64,000 nt of DNA, taken from contig JAMCYM010000001.1 of NCBI GenBank assembly GCA_023473665.1, forward strand, positions 52,923-116,922. The letters are read 5' to 3'. Below, piece by piece: positions 9,859 through 19,436 of this stretch. The notes beneath the pieces are model-generated. The model saw only the letters and a list, made by a program, of their open reading frames with translations. It was not told where the DNA came from and made no database searches. Positions within the stretch are counted from its first letter, which is position 1. The number at the start of each line of letters is the position of its first letter. Source of the stretch: Candidatus Marsarchaeota archaeon. GTDB lineage: Archaea > Micrarchaeota > Micrarchaeia > Micrarchaeales > Micrarchaeaceae. The position numbers and the translations under genes are program-made.

Positions 9859-9965
9859 GCAGGGGTGGCGGAGTCTGGTTTGGCTCTTACTAGCCACGGA
9901 AAAACGCGCAGGACTTAAGATCCTGTGGCCTAGCGCCTTCGAGAGTTCGAATCTCTCCCCCTGCA
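9859..9965 (+). tRNA. tRNA-Leu(TAA) with a 23-nt D-loop intron (9880-9902)
   Basis: GCAGGGG/CCCCTGC acceptor stem; CAGGA-CT-TAA-GA-TCCTG anticodon arm; long variable arm; GTTCGAATC; bulge-helix-bulge-like insert in the D loop. Confidence 0.93.
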
Positions 9966-9969
9966 CCTC

Positions 9970-10386
9970 ATGCTGATAAGGGGTAATGCAGTGGAAGTGA
10001 CTGATAACAAATTAATCAAACGGGCAAAACGAGTAGCCAAAGCGCATAAGGCGTCAACAGATGTTAAAACTGGCAGGGTAGGCTGCGCATTAATCACTAA
10101 TAAAAACCATGTGTATACTGGCGTGAGCATCGAGGCCTCTTGCGGAATAGGGTTCTGCGCCGAGCACAGTGCCATAGCCAGCATGGCGACCAATAGGGAA
10201 TACAGCATTAAGAGAATCGTGGCCGTTTCAAGCAATGGAACCATATTGCCGCCTTGCGGCAGGTGCAGAGAGTTGATGTATCAGATCAACAACAAAAACT
10301 TGGATACTGAAATAGTCATCGGAAAAGGTAAAGCTACAAAACTCAGAGATTTGCTTCCAGAGGTCTGGCAGAAAAGGTTCTACTGA
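9970..10386 (+). CDS. cdd: Cytidine deaminase (homotetrameric type)
   Basis: VGCAL, CAEHSAI and PCGRCRE zinc motifs; start uncertain. Confidence 0.85.
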   Translation: MLIRGNAVEVTDNKLIKRAKRVAKAHKASTDVKTGRVGCALITNKNHVYTGVSIEASCGIGFCAEHSAIASMATNREYSIKRIVAVSSNGTILPPCGRCRELMYQINNKNLDTEIVIGKGKATKLRDLLPEVWQKRFY

Positions 10387-10414
10387 GAAGATTAGGCCCT
10401 CCAGAGCATGGAGA

Positions 10415-11164
10415 TTACGGTATTTCTTTCTCGTGCGCCTTTACAAACTTCCATGACTGGCGCAGAAAGTCTGCAAAATCTTTTCTGTTATCGTAGAAAT
10501 CCTTTAGGTAAGCGAGCAGTGGTCTGCCTTTTATGACACATCCTTGAAACTGTGGATGGGAACCGAAATTAAAGTCCACGACCTTACGTATCCTCTTATC
10601 ATTCAGGATGATTTGTGGCACCATCTCGCTCAACTTCCATACAAGATATGGGGGATCAAATTCCTTCTCATCAGCCTTGGGGAGCACCTCCTTCCATTTC
10701 TCGAAATACAGGAAATGTGAGAGTTCATGCACGCATGTTACTGCCATTCCTATAAATTTAAATTTGTAGAATATGTCGAATCTCCTAGATTTTATGTATC
10801 TAGGGCCTACTGGGTCCATTGAAATGTAGGCGTGTATTATTCTGTCTTTTTTTGGCCATTCCTTCTCAATCACTTCCGATAGCGCAAGCATAACCTCATT
10901 GTTCAGAGAAGGCCAGTTCCTGTTGAATCTCATTAATGCTCTCTCCATTGCGGGTTTTTGTTTTAAATAAACCCTGCTAAAAAAACCATACGTTATCCTT
11001 CTTCGCTCATGTGCCGTGTCTATGCCTTTTAATAGTGTTTCCAGCTCTGGATACCAATGGTTGAAGATGCTTACCCAGCGGCTCCGCAGAGAATATATGG
11101 TTGGGAGGTCCATTCTCAACGGTATTATTTTAGCCTTAACGACAGGCAACCCCATGCAATTCAC
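10415..11164 (-). CDS. Hypothetical protein with HExxH motif (zincin-like)
   Basis: CVHELSH followed by a downstream LSE; visibly AT-richer than the flanking genes. Confidence 0.6.
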   Translation of the reverse strand: MNCMGLPVVKAKIIPLRMDLPTIYSLRSRWVSIFNHWYPELETLLKGIDTAHERRRITYGFFSRVYLKQKPAMERALMRFNRNWPSLNNEVMLALSEVIEKEWPKKDRIIHAYISMDPVGPRYIKSRRFDIFYKFKFIGMAVTCVHELSHFLYFEKWKEVLPKADEKEFDPPYLVWKLSEMVPQIILNDKRIRKVVDFNFGSHPQFQGCVIKGRPLLAYLKDFYDNRKDFADFLRQSWKFVKAHEKEIP

Positions 11165-11254
11165 ATCTTTGTGTATTGCTACTTATACAGCCCTATTTAA
11201 AAGGTGTGGCAGTGCCGCAGAAAGTTTGAAATATTCTAGTTGCTAATACATACC

Positions 11255-11686
11255 ATGGCGAAAATAGTCCTTATCTCATGCTCAAAAAGCAAGCTGGACC
11301 ACAGGGCGAAAGCCATCGACATGTACACCGGCGCACTCTTCAGGCTGAGCCTCCAGTACGCCAAAACACTTAAGCTCGACAAGCTGTTCATACTGTCGGC
11401 CAAGCACCACCTGCTTGACCCGAACAGGGAGATAGAGCCTTACGATTTGTCCCTAAAATTGATGAGCAAAGCCGAAAAGGCGGAATGGGCCAATATCGTG
11501 ATAGGCCAATTGCGTGAACACGCTGATCTCGAAAACGACACATTCGTAATGCTTGCCGGAAGCGAGTATGCCAAGCCATTGGAAAGCCATGTGCACATAA
11601 AGGAATATCCGCTGGCTGGCCTTTCTCTTGGCAACAGGCTCAAAAGATTGAAGGCATTAGCAGCAGAGAGCGATAGGCATGGATAG
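11255..11686 (+). CDS. DUF6884/YaaA-like protein
   Basis: LISCSKSK, A-x-DMY-x-G-x-LF, ILSAKHHL, IEPYD and LAG-x-x-Y motifs. Confidence 0.75.
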   Translation: MAKIVLISCSKSKLDHRAKAIDMYTGALFRLSLQYAKTLKLDKLFILSAKHHLLDPNREIEPYDLSLKLMSKAEKAEWANIVIGQLREHADLENDTFVMLAGSEYAKPLESHVHIKEYPLAGLSLGNRLKRLKALAAESDRHG

Positions 11687-12335
11687 TACAAACGAACGCT
11701 GTGCACTTTTGCACAAACTGTTTAACTCGCTGGAGAGGTTTACATGGCAGTTTGACGCGTCAAAGATACCACTCAATGGTATATACGTGTTCTTCGAGAA
11801 GGGTGAGAGAAGCCATGGCTTCGACCGCATAGTGCGGATAGGCACGCACAACGGCCAGAACCAGCTGCGCTCAAGGCTTGCACAACATCTAATAAACGAG
11901 AACAAGGACAGGAGCATATTCAGGAAGAACGTCGGCAGGGCAATAATAAGTAAATCTGGCGATATGAAGCTCCTCGAAATGTGGGAGAAGGATCGTACAA
12001 CAAGAAAGGGCAAGTCCGAGAGCAAGGGCTTTGATATGGACGCGATAACAAAGGTGGAGAATGAGGTATCGGAATACATGCGGAAAAATCTCAGTTTCGT
12101 TGTATTTGAGGTCGGTGCCAAAGAGGATAGGCTGGCTTTGGAATCAAAGCTCATATCTACAGTGTCGCTGTGCGATGCATGCAAACCATCGCCTGACTGG
12201 CTCGGCAACTTCTCTTCTAAGCAGAAAATACGCGAGAGCGGCCTCTGGCTTGTCAATGAACTGTACAAGAAGCCTATGTCTTACGTCGACATCGAAGAGC
12301 TCGGGGCGAGGCTTGGTCTTGCCCCTAAACCGTAG
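11679..12335 (+). CDS. GIY-YIG-like nuclease
   Basis: GIYVFFE...VRIGTH...LRSRLAQH and a downstream LESKLI glutamate; overlaps the upstream gene by 8 nt. Confidence 0.65.
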   Translation: MDSTNERCALLHKLFNSLERFTWQFDASKIPLNGIYVFFEKGERSHGFDRIVRIGTHNGQNQLRSRLAQHLINENKDRSIFRKNVGRAIISKSGDMKLLEMWEKDRTTRKGKSESKGFDMDAITKVENEVSEYMRKNLSFVVFEVGAKEDRLALESKLISTVSLCDACKPSPDWLGNFSSKQKIRESGLWLVNELYKKPMSYVDIEELGARLGLAPKP

Positions 12336-12421
12336 CCTTTACCATATAACACAAAATTTTAAATACCTGCGATAGAAAACTCTACTGTACATTCTGCATA
12401 TTAGCCACGGTGCGTGTTTTC

Positions 12422-13867
12422 ATGGATAAAAACGAAAGCTATGATGTAATTGTAGCAGGAGCCGGCATGGCCGGATCGCTCGCGGCAGGCATAGCCGCCA
12501 AGAAGGGCCTCAGCGTGCTCCTCCTTGACCGAAACGACCGCGATACCGCCGGCAAGAAGAACAACTGGGGATGGACGTGCGGCGACGCTGTAGCGGGGTC
12601 GCACATCGACTACATAACTAAAAAGACCGGTATCACGTTCTCGAAGCCGGGCCTCGACCTGAAGGTCGACGGCGTATACGCATTCTCGCCGGACCTCGGC
12701 GCAAAGTACATGTTCGACGGTGTCGGCTACACGCTCGACAGGCCAGAGTTCGAGAGGATGCTCCTCGACTTTGCAATCAAGAGCGGCGCGCACTACGTGC
12801 ATCATTTTGAGGTCGAAGGGCCCGTGATGGAAGGCAGCAAGGTTGCTGGTATATTCGGCAAGGACGAGAAGAAGGAGCACAAGACCTTCAGCTCAAAGCT
12901 GGTTATAGATGCATTGGGCGTAGCCACAGTGCTGAGGCGCAGGCTCCCCGAAAACAAGTACATAGAGAAGAACATCGACATAGATGACATAGAGTCAACA
13001 GGAAGGTACATCTACGAGTTCGAACTCGACCACGAGGATTTGCGCTACTACGACCCAAAGAATGCGCTGATACACCTGAATCAGGAGATGGCGCCAGGCG
13101 GCTATGGTTGGGTGTTCCCAAAGAGCAATGGGAAGATAAACATAGGGTTGGGCGTACAGAAGCGCAGCCTCGAGATGAGGAACCAGAAGCTCGGAAGGAA
13201 GGATACTGTGCAATCCCTTATCGACGCTTACGTGAAGTGGAACGTCACGATCAGGAACACTAAGCTGTTCAACAAGGACAATAACGGCAGGGGCATATGG
13301 TCGGTCGCGGTCCGCAGGCAGATGGAGAGCCTGGTATACGATGGCTACATGGGAGCAGGCGACAGCATGGCAATGCCCAATCCGATAAGCGCTGGCGGCA
13401 TAGGCCCGGCGCTCATAGCAGGGGTGCTTGCCGGTGAGAACGCAGTCAGAGCGATAGCCGAGAACGACACGTCCGTCAGCGGGCTTTGGAAGTACAATCT
13501 GGACTACAACGAGGCATATGGCCATAAGACCGCCGGCATGGAGGTCTTCAGGATATACATGCAGTCGCTCAATAACGACACGCTCAACTATGGGATACGC
13601 ACATTCCTGACTGCGAAAGAAGCCTCTGACATAACGCTTGGCGTAATACCGGAGCTCAGCATGACATCGAAGCTCAAGCTGATACTGAAAGGCGCATCGA
13701 ACATAAGCGCATTCAGGAACCTGATTTATGTGGCAGGCAAGATGAAGGAGCTCAATTCCGTATACAATGAGTACCCGAAGAGCCCTGAGCAGTTCGATGC
13801 CTGGAAGCTACGCGTCGAGAAAATAATCAGCGAGGCCAAGGAACGCTTCAAGCCAAATCCGATATGA
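12422..13867 (+). CDS. Geranylgeranyl reductase family FAD oxidoreductase (archaeal lipid saturation)
   Basis: GAGMAGS, CGDAV, PGGYGWVFP and GDS...NPISAGGI motifs. Confidence 0.88.
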   Translation: MDKNESYDVIVAGAGMAGSLAAGIAAKKGLSVLLLDRNDRDTAGKKNNWGWTCGDAVAGSHIDYITKKTGITFSKPGLDLKVDGVYAFSPDLGAKYMFDGVGYTLDRPEFERMLLDFAIKSGAHYVHHFEVEGPVMEGSKVAGIFGKDEKKEHKTFSSKLVIDALGVATVLRRRLPENKYIEKNIDIDDIESTGRYIYEFELDHEDLRYYDPKNALIHLNQEMAPGGYGWVFPKSNGKINIGLGVQKRSLEMRNQKLGRKDTVQSLIDAYVKWNVTIRNTKLFNKDNNGRGIWSVAVRRQMESLVYDGYMGAGDSMAMPNPISAGGIGPALIAGVLAGENAVRAIAENDTSVSGLWKYNLDYNEAYGHKTAGMEVFRIYMQSLNNDTLNYGIRTFLTAKEASDITLGVIPELSMTSKLKLILKGASNISAFRNLIYVAGKMKELNSVYNEYPKSPEQFDAWKLRVEKIISEAKERFKPNPI

Positions 13868-13876
13868 CGTGATATT

Positions 13877-14050
13877 ATGGAAAATTATACAAAATTCGAG
13901 AAGGCTAGGGTGATAGGCGCCAGGGCGCTGCAGCTTGCCAATGGGGCGCCGCCATTGATAAAGGTTCCCGAGGACATAATCGAGCCTCTCGACCTAGCAG
14001 AGCTGGAATTCGAGAAGGGAGTAATACCAATAACAATAATCAGGGAATGA
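13877..14050 (+). CDS. rpoK: RNA polymerase subunit Rpo6 (K); absent from the ORF track because it is 57 aa
   Basis: Manual translation MENYTKFEKARVIGARALQLANGAPPLI...ELEFEKGVIPITIIRE. Confidence 0.95.
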   Translation: MENYTKFEKARVIGARALQLANGAPPLIKVPEDIIEPLDLAELEFEKGVIPITIIRE

Positions 14051-14816
14051 GGCTCTTAGCCTTGCGCAGCTCCTTCACCGTGCCCATATACTCGCCCCTC
14101 AGCGTGTACACATAAGCCCTGTCGTGCGAGAATATGCCGCTCCTCAGCAGCGGGTTAATGTTTTCACCCTTCGAGCCCAGCTCGTTCACAGGCATGCCGA
14201 GTATAAGGTCGTTGTACGCAGGCATGACTACGAGCCTCGATGGCTTGAACCGGCCGTATCTCTCTTTTGCTTTCGCTCGCGCAACTGGAGCTATGAGCCA
14301 GGCCTTCTCCCGGTAGAGTGCGCCGTTGCTGTCGCGCACTGTGACTGCTATGTGGTTGTGCGCTGTCACTATGTACCTGCATTCAACTGCCTTCTCGGAC
14401 GGCCATGTATGTCCGTGAATAAGCGCAACATCGCCCAGTACGAGCTCCCTGAGGGGCTCTATGCCCGCAATCTCCCCCAAGTGTGCATCGTGGTTGCCTG
14501 CCACCACTTCCACGTCTAGCGCACCGAGCGCGCCGAAGAATGCTGCAATCGCCCTCCTTTCGGAAACGGGTGGATACAGCACGCTCTCCTTCACGTCGCC
14601 TAGCAGCACAACGCCCTTCGCAGAGAACTCATTGGCGGTGCCGATTATGTGCTTCGCCATCTCAGCGCTGGTGCCATATACATGTATGCCCTTGTCTGCG
14701 AGCCTCGCCTCTGCACCTATGTGGAGATCGCCCACTACAAGGACGTTCCTACCGTTGTCGTTAACCACGAGTGCGGGTTCGTTGTAGACAAACCTGATCG
14801 ATTCAATGCTGCCCAT
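14040..14816 (-). CDS. Calcineurin-like metallophosphoesterase
   Basis: DLHIG, LGDVK, GNHD, HGH and HNH motifs. Confidence 0.85.
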   Translation of the reverse strand: MGSIESIRFVYNEPALVVNDNGRNVLVVGDLHIGAEARLADKGIHVYGTSAEMAKHIIGTANEFSAKGVVLLGDVKESVLYPPVSERRAIAAFFGALGALDVEVVAGNHDAHLGEIAGIEPLRELVLGDVALIHGHTWPSEKAVECRYIVTAHNHIAVTVRDSNGALYREKAWLIAPVARAKAKERYGRFKPSRLVVMPAYNDLILGMPVNELGSKGENINPLLRSGIFSHDRAYVYTLRGEYMGTVKELRKAKSLIP

Positions 14817-14886
14817 AATGCCGCGCATAAATCGCAGTGCTGCTTATTTATATTTTGTTTGCCAAAACACGTTGCTTGGTGCGGAT

Positions 14887-15978
14887 GTGGCATTTAACTT
14901 CTCGCCCACGATAGGCAGGGTTGCAGGCATAGGCGTGCAGCTGCACTGGTCGTTCATACTGCTGATGCTGTTCGCCCTCGTGCTTTCGTTCTACATATTC
15001 CTAGTGTTCCTGCTATTGTTCGTGTGCGTATTCCTGCATGAGCTTGCGCACTCGCTTACCGCGAAGCGCTACGGCATAGGCGTAAAGAAGATAGTGCTGT
15101 ACCCCCTCGGCGGTGGCTCCATAATAGACCTTGACAATGTGCCGCCTTCGCTCGAGTTCAGGATATCGATAGCCGGGCCAGTATCGAGCTTCTTATTGGC
15201 CTTCCTGTTCGGCATGGCTGTCGTGCTGCTGCCAGGCGGTACAGTTAAGGTGTTCGTGCAGCTGCTGTTCATCCTCAACCTGCTGCTCGCCGTATTCAAC
15301 ATATTGCCATGGTTCCCGATGGACGGCGGACGCGTGCTGAGGAGCTACCTGCAGCGCAGGCACAGCTTCCTCGACTCAACGCGCACTGCAGTGAAGGCGA
15401 GCAACGTGCTCATCGTGCTGTTCATAGTAGGCACGCTCGTGTATGTTGGGCTGGAGCCCGGCTATCCATTCTTCTACAAGGAGTTCATAGTGCTGTGGGA
15501 CGTCTTCATAGCAGTGTTCCTTTACGGCGGGGCCAAGGCCGAGCTTCAGGCCGCATACCTGAAGACCTACACGAGAGGGCTGACGGCCGTCTCGGCGATG
15601 ACTAAAAACTACATAATGACGAAGGGTTCAACGACCCTAGCGCGCCTGTATGGTATGGTTCTTGACAAGCATACCCACATAGTGCTGTTCAGGAATGCGG
15701 GCAAGTATTACGTGGTATCGCGGCTGCCCTACAACTCCCTCGGCAAGATGGCAGGGGGCATGGCCAATCAGAGCATATCTGGGTTCAGCGCCGAGCTACC
15801 CACGCTTGATGCTAAGGCGAGCCTCTACTCCGCGCTGGAGAGGATGCAGGAGGCCAACACCGGCGTGGCGGGCGTGCTCAGCCATGGCATGCTGGTAGGA
15901 ATACTGCAGAGGCAGCACGTCGAATCTGTCATAGCGCTCCATGTCTCCCGTGCAGAGGGAAGGACTAAAAATGCTTAG
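14887..15978 (+). CDS. Site-2 protease (M50) with C-terminal CBS-like domains
   Basis: HELAH, AGP and NILPWFPMDGGR motifs, several TM segments; likely GTG start at 14887. Confidence 0.9.
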   Translation: MAFNFSPTIGRVAGIGVQLHWSFILLMLFALVLSFYIFLVFLLLFVCVFLHELAHSLTAKRYGIGVKKIVLYPLGGGSIIDLDNVPPSLEFRISIAGPVSSFLLAFLFGMAVVLLPGGTVKVFVQLLFILNLLLAVFNILPWFPMDGGRVLRSYLQRRHSFLDSTRTAVKASNVLIVLFIVGTLVYVGLEPGYPFFYKEFIVLWDVFIAVFLYGGAKAELQAAYLKTYTRGLTAVSAMTKNYIMTKGSTTLARLYGMVLDKHTHIVLFRNAGKYYVVSRLPYNSLGKMAGGMANQSISGFSAELPTLDAKASLYSALERMQEANTGVAGVLSHGMLVGILQRQHVESVIALHVSRAEGRTKNA

Positions 15979-16009
15979 ACGGCATATCTAAGCGGCGACT
16001 GGTGGATTT

Positions 16010-19000
16010 ATGCTCTATCTTGACAGGCTTACCCTGCATAACTTCAAGTCGTTTCGGCATGCGAACGTGAGCTTCAGTAATGGCTTCAACTGCATAGTGG
16101 GCCCTAACGGTTCTGGCAAATCCAACCTCTGCGACTCGCTGCTGTTTGCCCTTGGCGAGTCATCCCTAAGGCGCATGCGGGTCACTGCGACGGCCAACCT
16201 GATAAACGGCACGGTCAAGCCTGATCCCGAAACGCATCTCAAGCGCAGCTACGTGACGGTCATGTTCTCTGACGGCTCTGACAAGCACATAGAGGTTTCG
16301 AGGATAGTGCGCTCCAACAGCAAGATATCCTACAGGCTCGACGGCAAGAGGGTGCACAGGCAGGACATAATGGATGTGCTAGACGCCAACAACTGCAATA
16401 TAAACGAGACCAACACGATAACGCAAGGAGAGATAACCCGCATACTCAACTACAATGCCAAGGAGCGGCGCGGGCTTCTTGACGTGGCAGCAGGCATAAA
16501 GGAGTTCGACGACAAGAAGGAGAGCTCCCTTAAGGAGCTAGGGAAGGTCGAGGACAAGATATCCAACGCCAAGGTGATGCTCGGCGAGCGCGAGGGCTTC
16601 CTGAATGAGCTCAAGAAAGAGAAGGACGATGCCGAGCGATACATCGCGCTTACCGACTCTGTCAAGCGCATGAACTATTCGCTGCTCAAGAAGCGCGAGT
16701 TGCAGCTTGCAAAGGAATACGGCGAAGCCGCAGACAAGCTCTCAAGGTTCGGCGAGACGCGCACGGGGATAGAGCGCAGGATATCCAGCCTGGGCGAAGA
16801 GGCGAACAAGTTGGGTGCCGAGCGCTCCGACAAGTCGCAGAAGCTCAGCGAGCGCTCGTTGGAGACGAGCTCGGCCGGCAAGAAGCTAGAGGAGATAAAT
16901 GCGTCGGCAGCCACGGTTGCCGCCCAGTCGGACAGCCTGTCGAAGGAGCTCTCGGCAGGAAAAGAGCGCATAGAACTGCAGAAGTCCGAACGCAAGAGGA
17001 TAAAGTCGCAGATCGGCGCCAACGAGGCCGAACTGCAGGCAGTCAAGGCGCAGATCGACGAACGCTCCTCCACATTGAAGTCGCTAGGCGTAGGCCCCGA
17101 AGAGGCCGAGGAGGCGCTCGCCGCATATGAGGAGCATCAGAAGCGCGTTGATTCTGCGACAGAGGAAGAGGAGGCGCTGCAGCGCAGGCTGGCCAGTGCC
17201 AATGCGAGGTCGCAGCAATTGGAATCCGAATCGAAAGGCATAGGCTCGCAGATCGCCTCGCTTTCCGAAGAACTATCTGCCAGCGAAAAGAGGGCGCAGG
17301 ACGCCAAGGCATCGAGCGCTTCTGTGGCGAAGAGGATAAGCGACGCTAAGGAAAGCATATCCGCCATCATGGCAGAGGAAGAGAAGCTGCAGAAGGAGCG
17401 GGCGCGCTTGGACGAGCAAGTTATAAACGTGCGCGAGTCGCTCGCGTTGTACGGGGGTAGCCAGGACAGGGCCGCAGCAGCGCTCTCCAGTTCAATAAAG
17501 CAGGGATTCTACGGAAGGGCGTACGAGCTCTGCTCATTCGACGACAAATATTCTAATGCAGTCTCTGCTGCCGCCGGCAGCAGGCTAAACTACTTCATAG
17601 TCGACTCGATAGACGTTGCCAAGCGATGCATAGAGACGATAAAACAGAAAGGCCTCGGCCGTTCCACGTTCATACCCCTCAGGGAGCTCTCTGTTAAGCT
17701 GACAGAGCGCGCGTCCGGGCAGGAGCCCCTGATAAACTTTGTCAAGTTCGACAAGAAGTTCGCGCAGGCCTTTGAGTACGTATTCTCCAACACATTCCTT
17801 GTCCCGAGCGTCGATGCTGCACAGAAGATAGGCGTTGGCAAGCACAGGTTCGTCACGCTTGACGGAGAGCTGATAGAGCAGTCAGGCGCGATAACAGGCG
17901 GCCAGATAAAGGCGATGCAGTTCCCTGGCAAGCTCCAGGCGGAGCTGAAGAGCCTCGAGGAGGAGAGGGCCGGGCTCGCCAAGAGCCTGTTAGATATATC
18001 TGCGCGCGTGGATTCGGCAAAGAAGGCGCTCTCGGCGCTTGAGATAGAATCAATGAACTATGGCATCGAGCTGAAGCATGCCGGCGAGGCAAGCGAAACG
18101 GCACTCACAGCTCTGAAGGAACTGAACGCCAGGGGTTCATCTCTATCTTCGCAGATGCTGGCCGCGCAGAAGGAGCTCAACAGCCTTGAGAGCGCAATCC
18201 GCGACGCCGCAAAGAGGAAGTCGGCCGCGAGAGCGGCCCGCGACGCCCTGCATTCAGCACTGGCATCTTCGCAAAAGGGCACCGAGGCGCAGGACGGCGC
18301 TTCGAAGGCTATGTCAAGCGGGATAAGGAAGGAGATAGAACAGCTGATGATGCGCCAAGCGTCGCTTGCCAAGGAGAATGAGATGCTGGCGGCGCGCGAC
18401 TCAGAGCTTGAGGCGGAGCTCGTCAAGCTCTCTCGGGACGCAGACCAGGCGAAGGATTCCATCGCTTCGCTGAAGGAGCGGCAGAAGGGGCTCCTGGCTC
18501 AGAAGGGAGAGCTGGAGAAGAAGCTGAAGAGCCACGACGAGCTTTCCTCATCGCTCTACAAGGAGCTGTCTGAACTGGACAAGCGTATATCAGAGCTCGG
18601 ATTTGAGCGTGGCGAGCGCCAGGCAGAGCTCGACAAGCTGAATAGAGAGCTCATGCTCGCGGAATCGGCAAAGATGCAGCTCGAGACAAGGCTCGGCGAC
18701 ATAAAGGCGGAGCTCGCAACGTATCCCGCCTACGAGGAGATGCCCGACAGCCCAGAGTCGCTGGAGAAGAGACTCGTCATAGCAAAGAGCGACATAGAGC
18801 GCCTCGGCAATGTCAACCTCAAGGCGCCGGAGATGTACGAGGTGAGGAAGCGCGATGTGGACGAAGCAGAAGCGAAGCTGCAGGTCCTCGACAACGAGCG
18901 CAACTCTGTGCTCTCCATGATAAACGAGATAGAGTCCAAGAAGCTTGCAGTGTTCATGGAGACTTTCAGATCTGTGAACGAGAACTTCAGGCAGCTGTAC

Positions 19001-19423
19001 AGCTACATATTCGACGGCGAGGCGTCGCTTGTGCTAGAGAACCCTAAGGAGCCGTTCGAATCGGGGCTCAAGATAAGCATGCAGGATAAGTTCAAGAAAA
19101 CAACAGAGCAGCTTTCTGGGGGAGAGAAGTCGCTGCTAATACTCATACTGATATTTGCGATACAGATGCGCAACCCGATGTCATTCTACATATTCGACGA
19201 GATAGATGCTGCGCTGGACAAAGAGAACTCGAAGAAGCTCTCCATGCTGATAAAGCAGATGAGCTCTAGGTCGCAGTTCGTTGTCGTGAGCCACAACGAC
19301 TCGCTGATAAGCGCAGCCGAAACGGCGATGGGCGTGGCCCTGCAGAACGGCGAGTCGAAGGTCATAGGAATACAGCTCGTCGGGCCAGGCACTCCCGAGA
19401 GTGCGGAGAAGAAGAAAGCATAG
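16010..19423 (+). CDS. smc: Chromosome segregation protein SMC
   Basis: NFKSF, GPNGSGKSN, coiled coils, hinge (GRSTFIPL, GAITGG), LSGGEKS and FDEIDAALD. Confidence 0.96.
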   Translation: MLYLDRLTLHNFKSFRHANVSFSNGFNCIVGPNGSGKSNLCDSLLFALGESSLRRMRVTATANLINGTVKPDPETHLKRSYVTVMFSDGSDKHIEVSRIVRSNSKISYRLDGKRVHRQDIMDVLDANNCNINETNTITQGEITRILNYNAKERRGLLDVAAGIKEFDDKKESSLKELGKVEDKISNAKVMLGEREGFLNELKKEKDDAERYIALTDSVKRMNYSLLKKRELQLAKEYGEAADKLSRFGETRTGIERRISSLGEEANKLGAERSDKSQKLSERSLETSSAGKKLEEINASAATVAAQSDSLSKELSAGKERIELQKSERKRIKSQIGANEAELQAVKAQIDERSSTLKSLGVGPEEAEEALAAYEEHQKRVDSATEEEEALQRRLASANARSQQLESESKGIGSQIASLSEELSASEKRAQDAKASSASVAKRISDAKESISAIMAEEEKLQKERARLDEQVINVRESLALYGGSQDRAAAALSSSIKQGFYGRAYELCSFDDKYSNAVSAAAGSRLNYFIVDSIDVAKRCIETIKQKGLGRSTFIPLRELSVKLTERASGQEPLINFVKFDKKFAQAFEYVFSNTFLVPSVDAAQKIGVGKHRFVTLDGELIEQSGAITGGQIKAMQFPGKLQAELKSLEEERAGLAKSLLDISARVDSAKKALSALEIESMNYGIELKHAGEASETALTALKELNARGSSLSSQMLAAQKELNSLESAIRDAAKRKSAARAARDALHSALASSQKGTEAQDGASKAMSSGIRKEIEQLMMRQASLAKENEMLAARDSELEAELVKLSRDADQAKDSIASLKERQKGLLAQKGELEKKLKSHDELSSSLYKELSELDKRISELGFERGERQAELDKLNRELMLAESAKMQLETRLGDIKAELATYPAYEEMPDSPESLEKRLVIAKSDIERLGNVNLKAPEMYEVRKRDVDEAEAKLQVLDNERNSVLSMINEIESKKLAVFMETFRSVNENFRQLYSYIFDGEASLVLENPKEPFESGLKISMQDKFKKTTEQLSGGEKSLLILILIFAIQMRNPMSFYIFDEIDAALDKENSKKLSMLIKQMSSRSQFVVVSHNDSLISAAETAMGVALQNGESKVIGIQLVGPGTPESAEKKKA

Positions 19424-19436
19424 GCAGGTGTTTATT

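Noticed and set aside
12336..12420. Possible attR of an element integrated at tRNA-Leu
   Set aside because: No duplication of the tRNA 3' end and no integrase found
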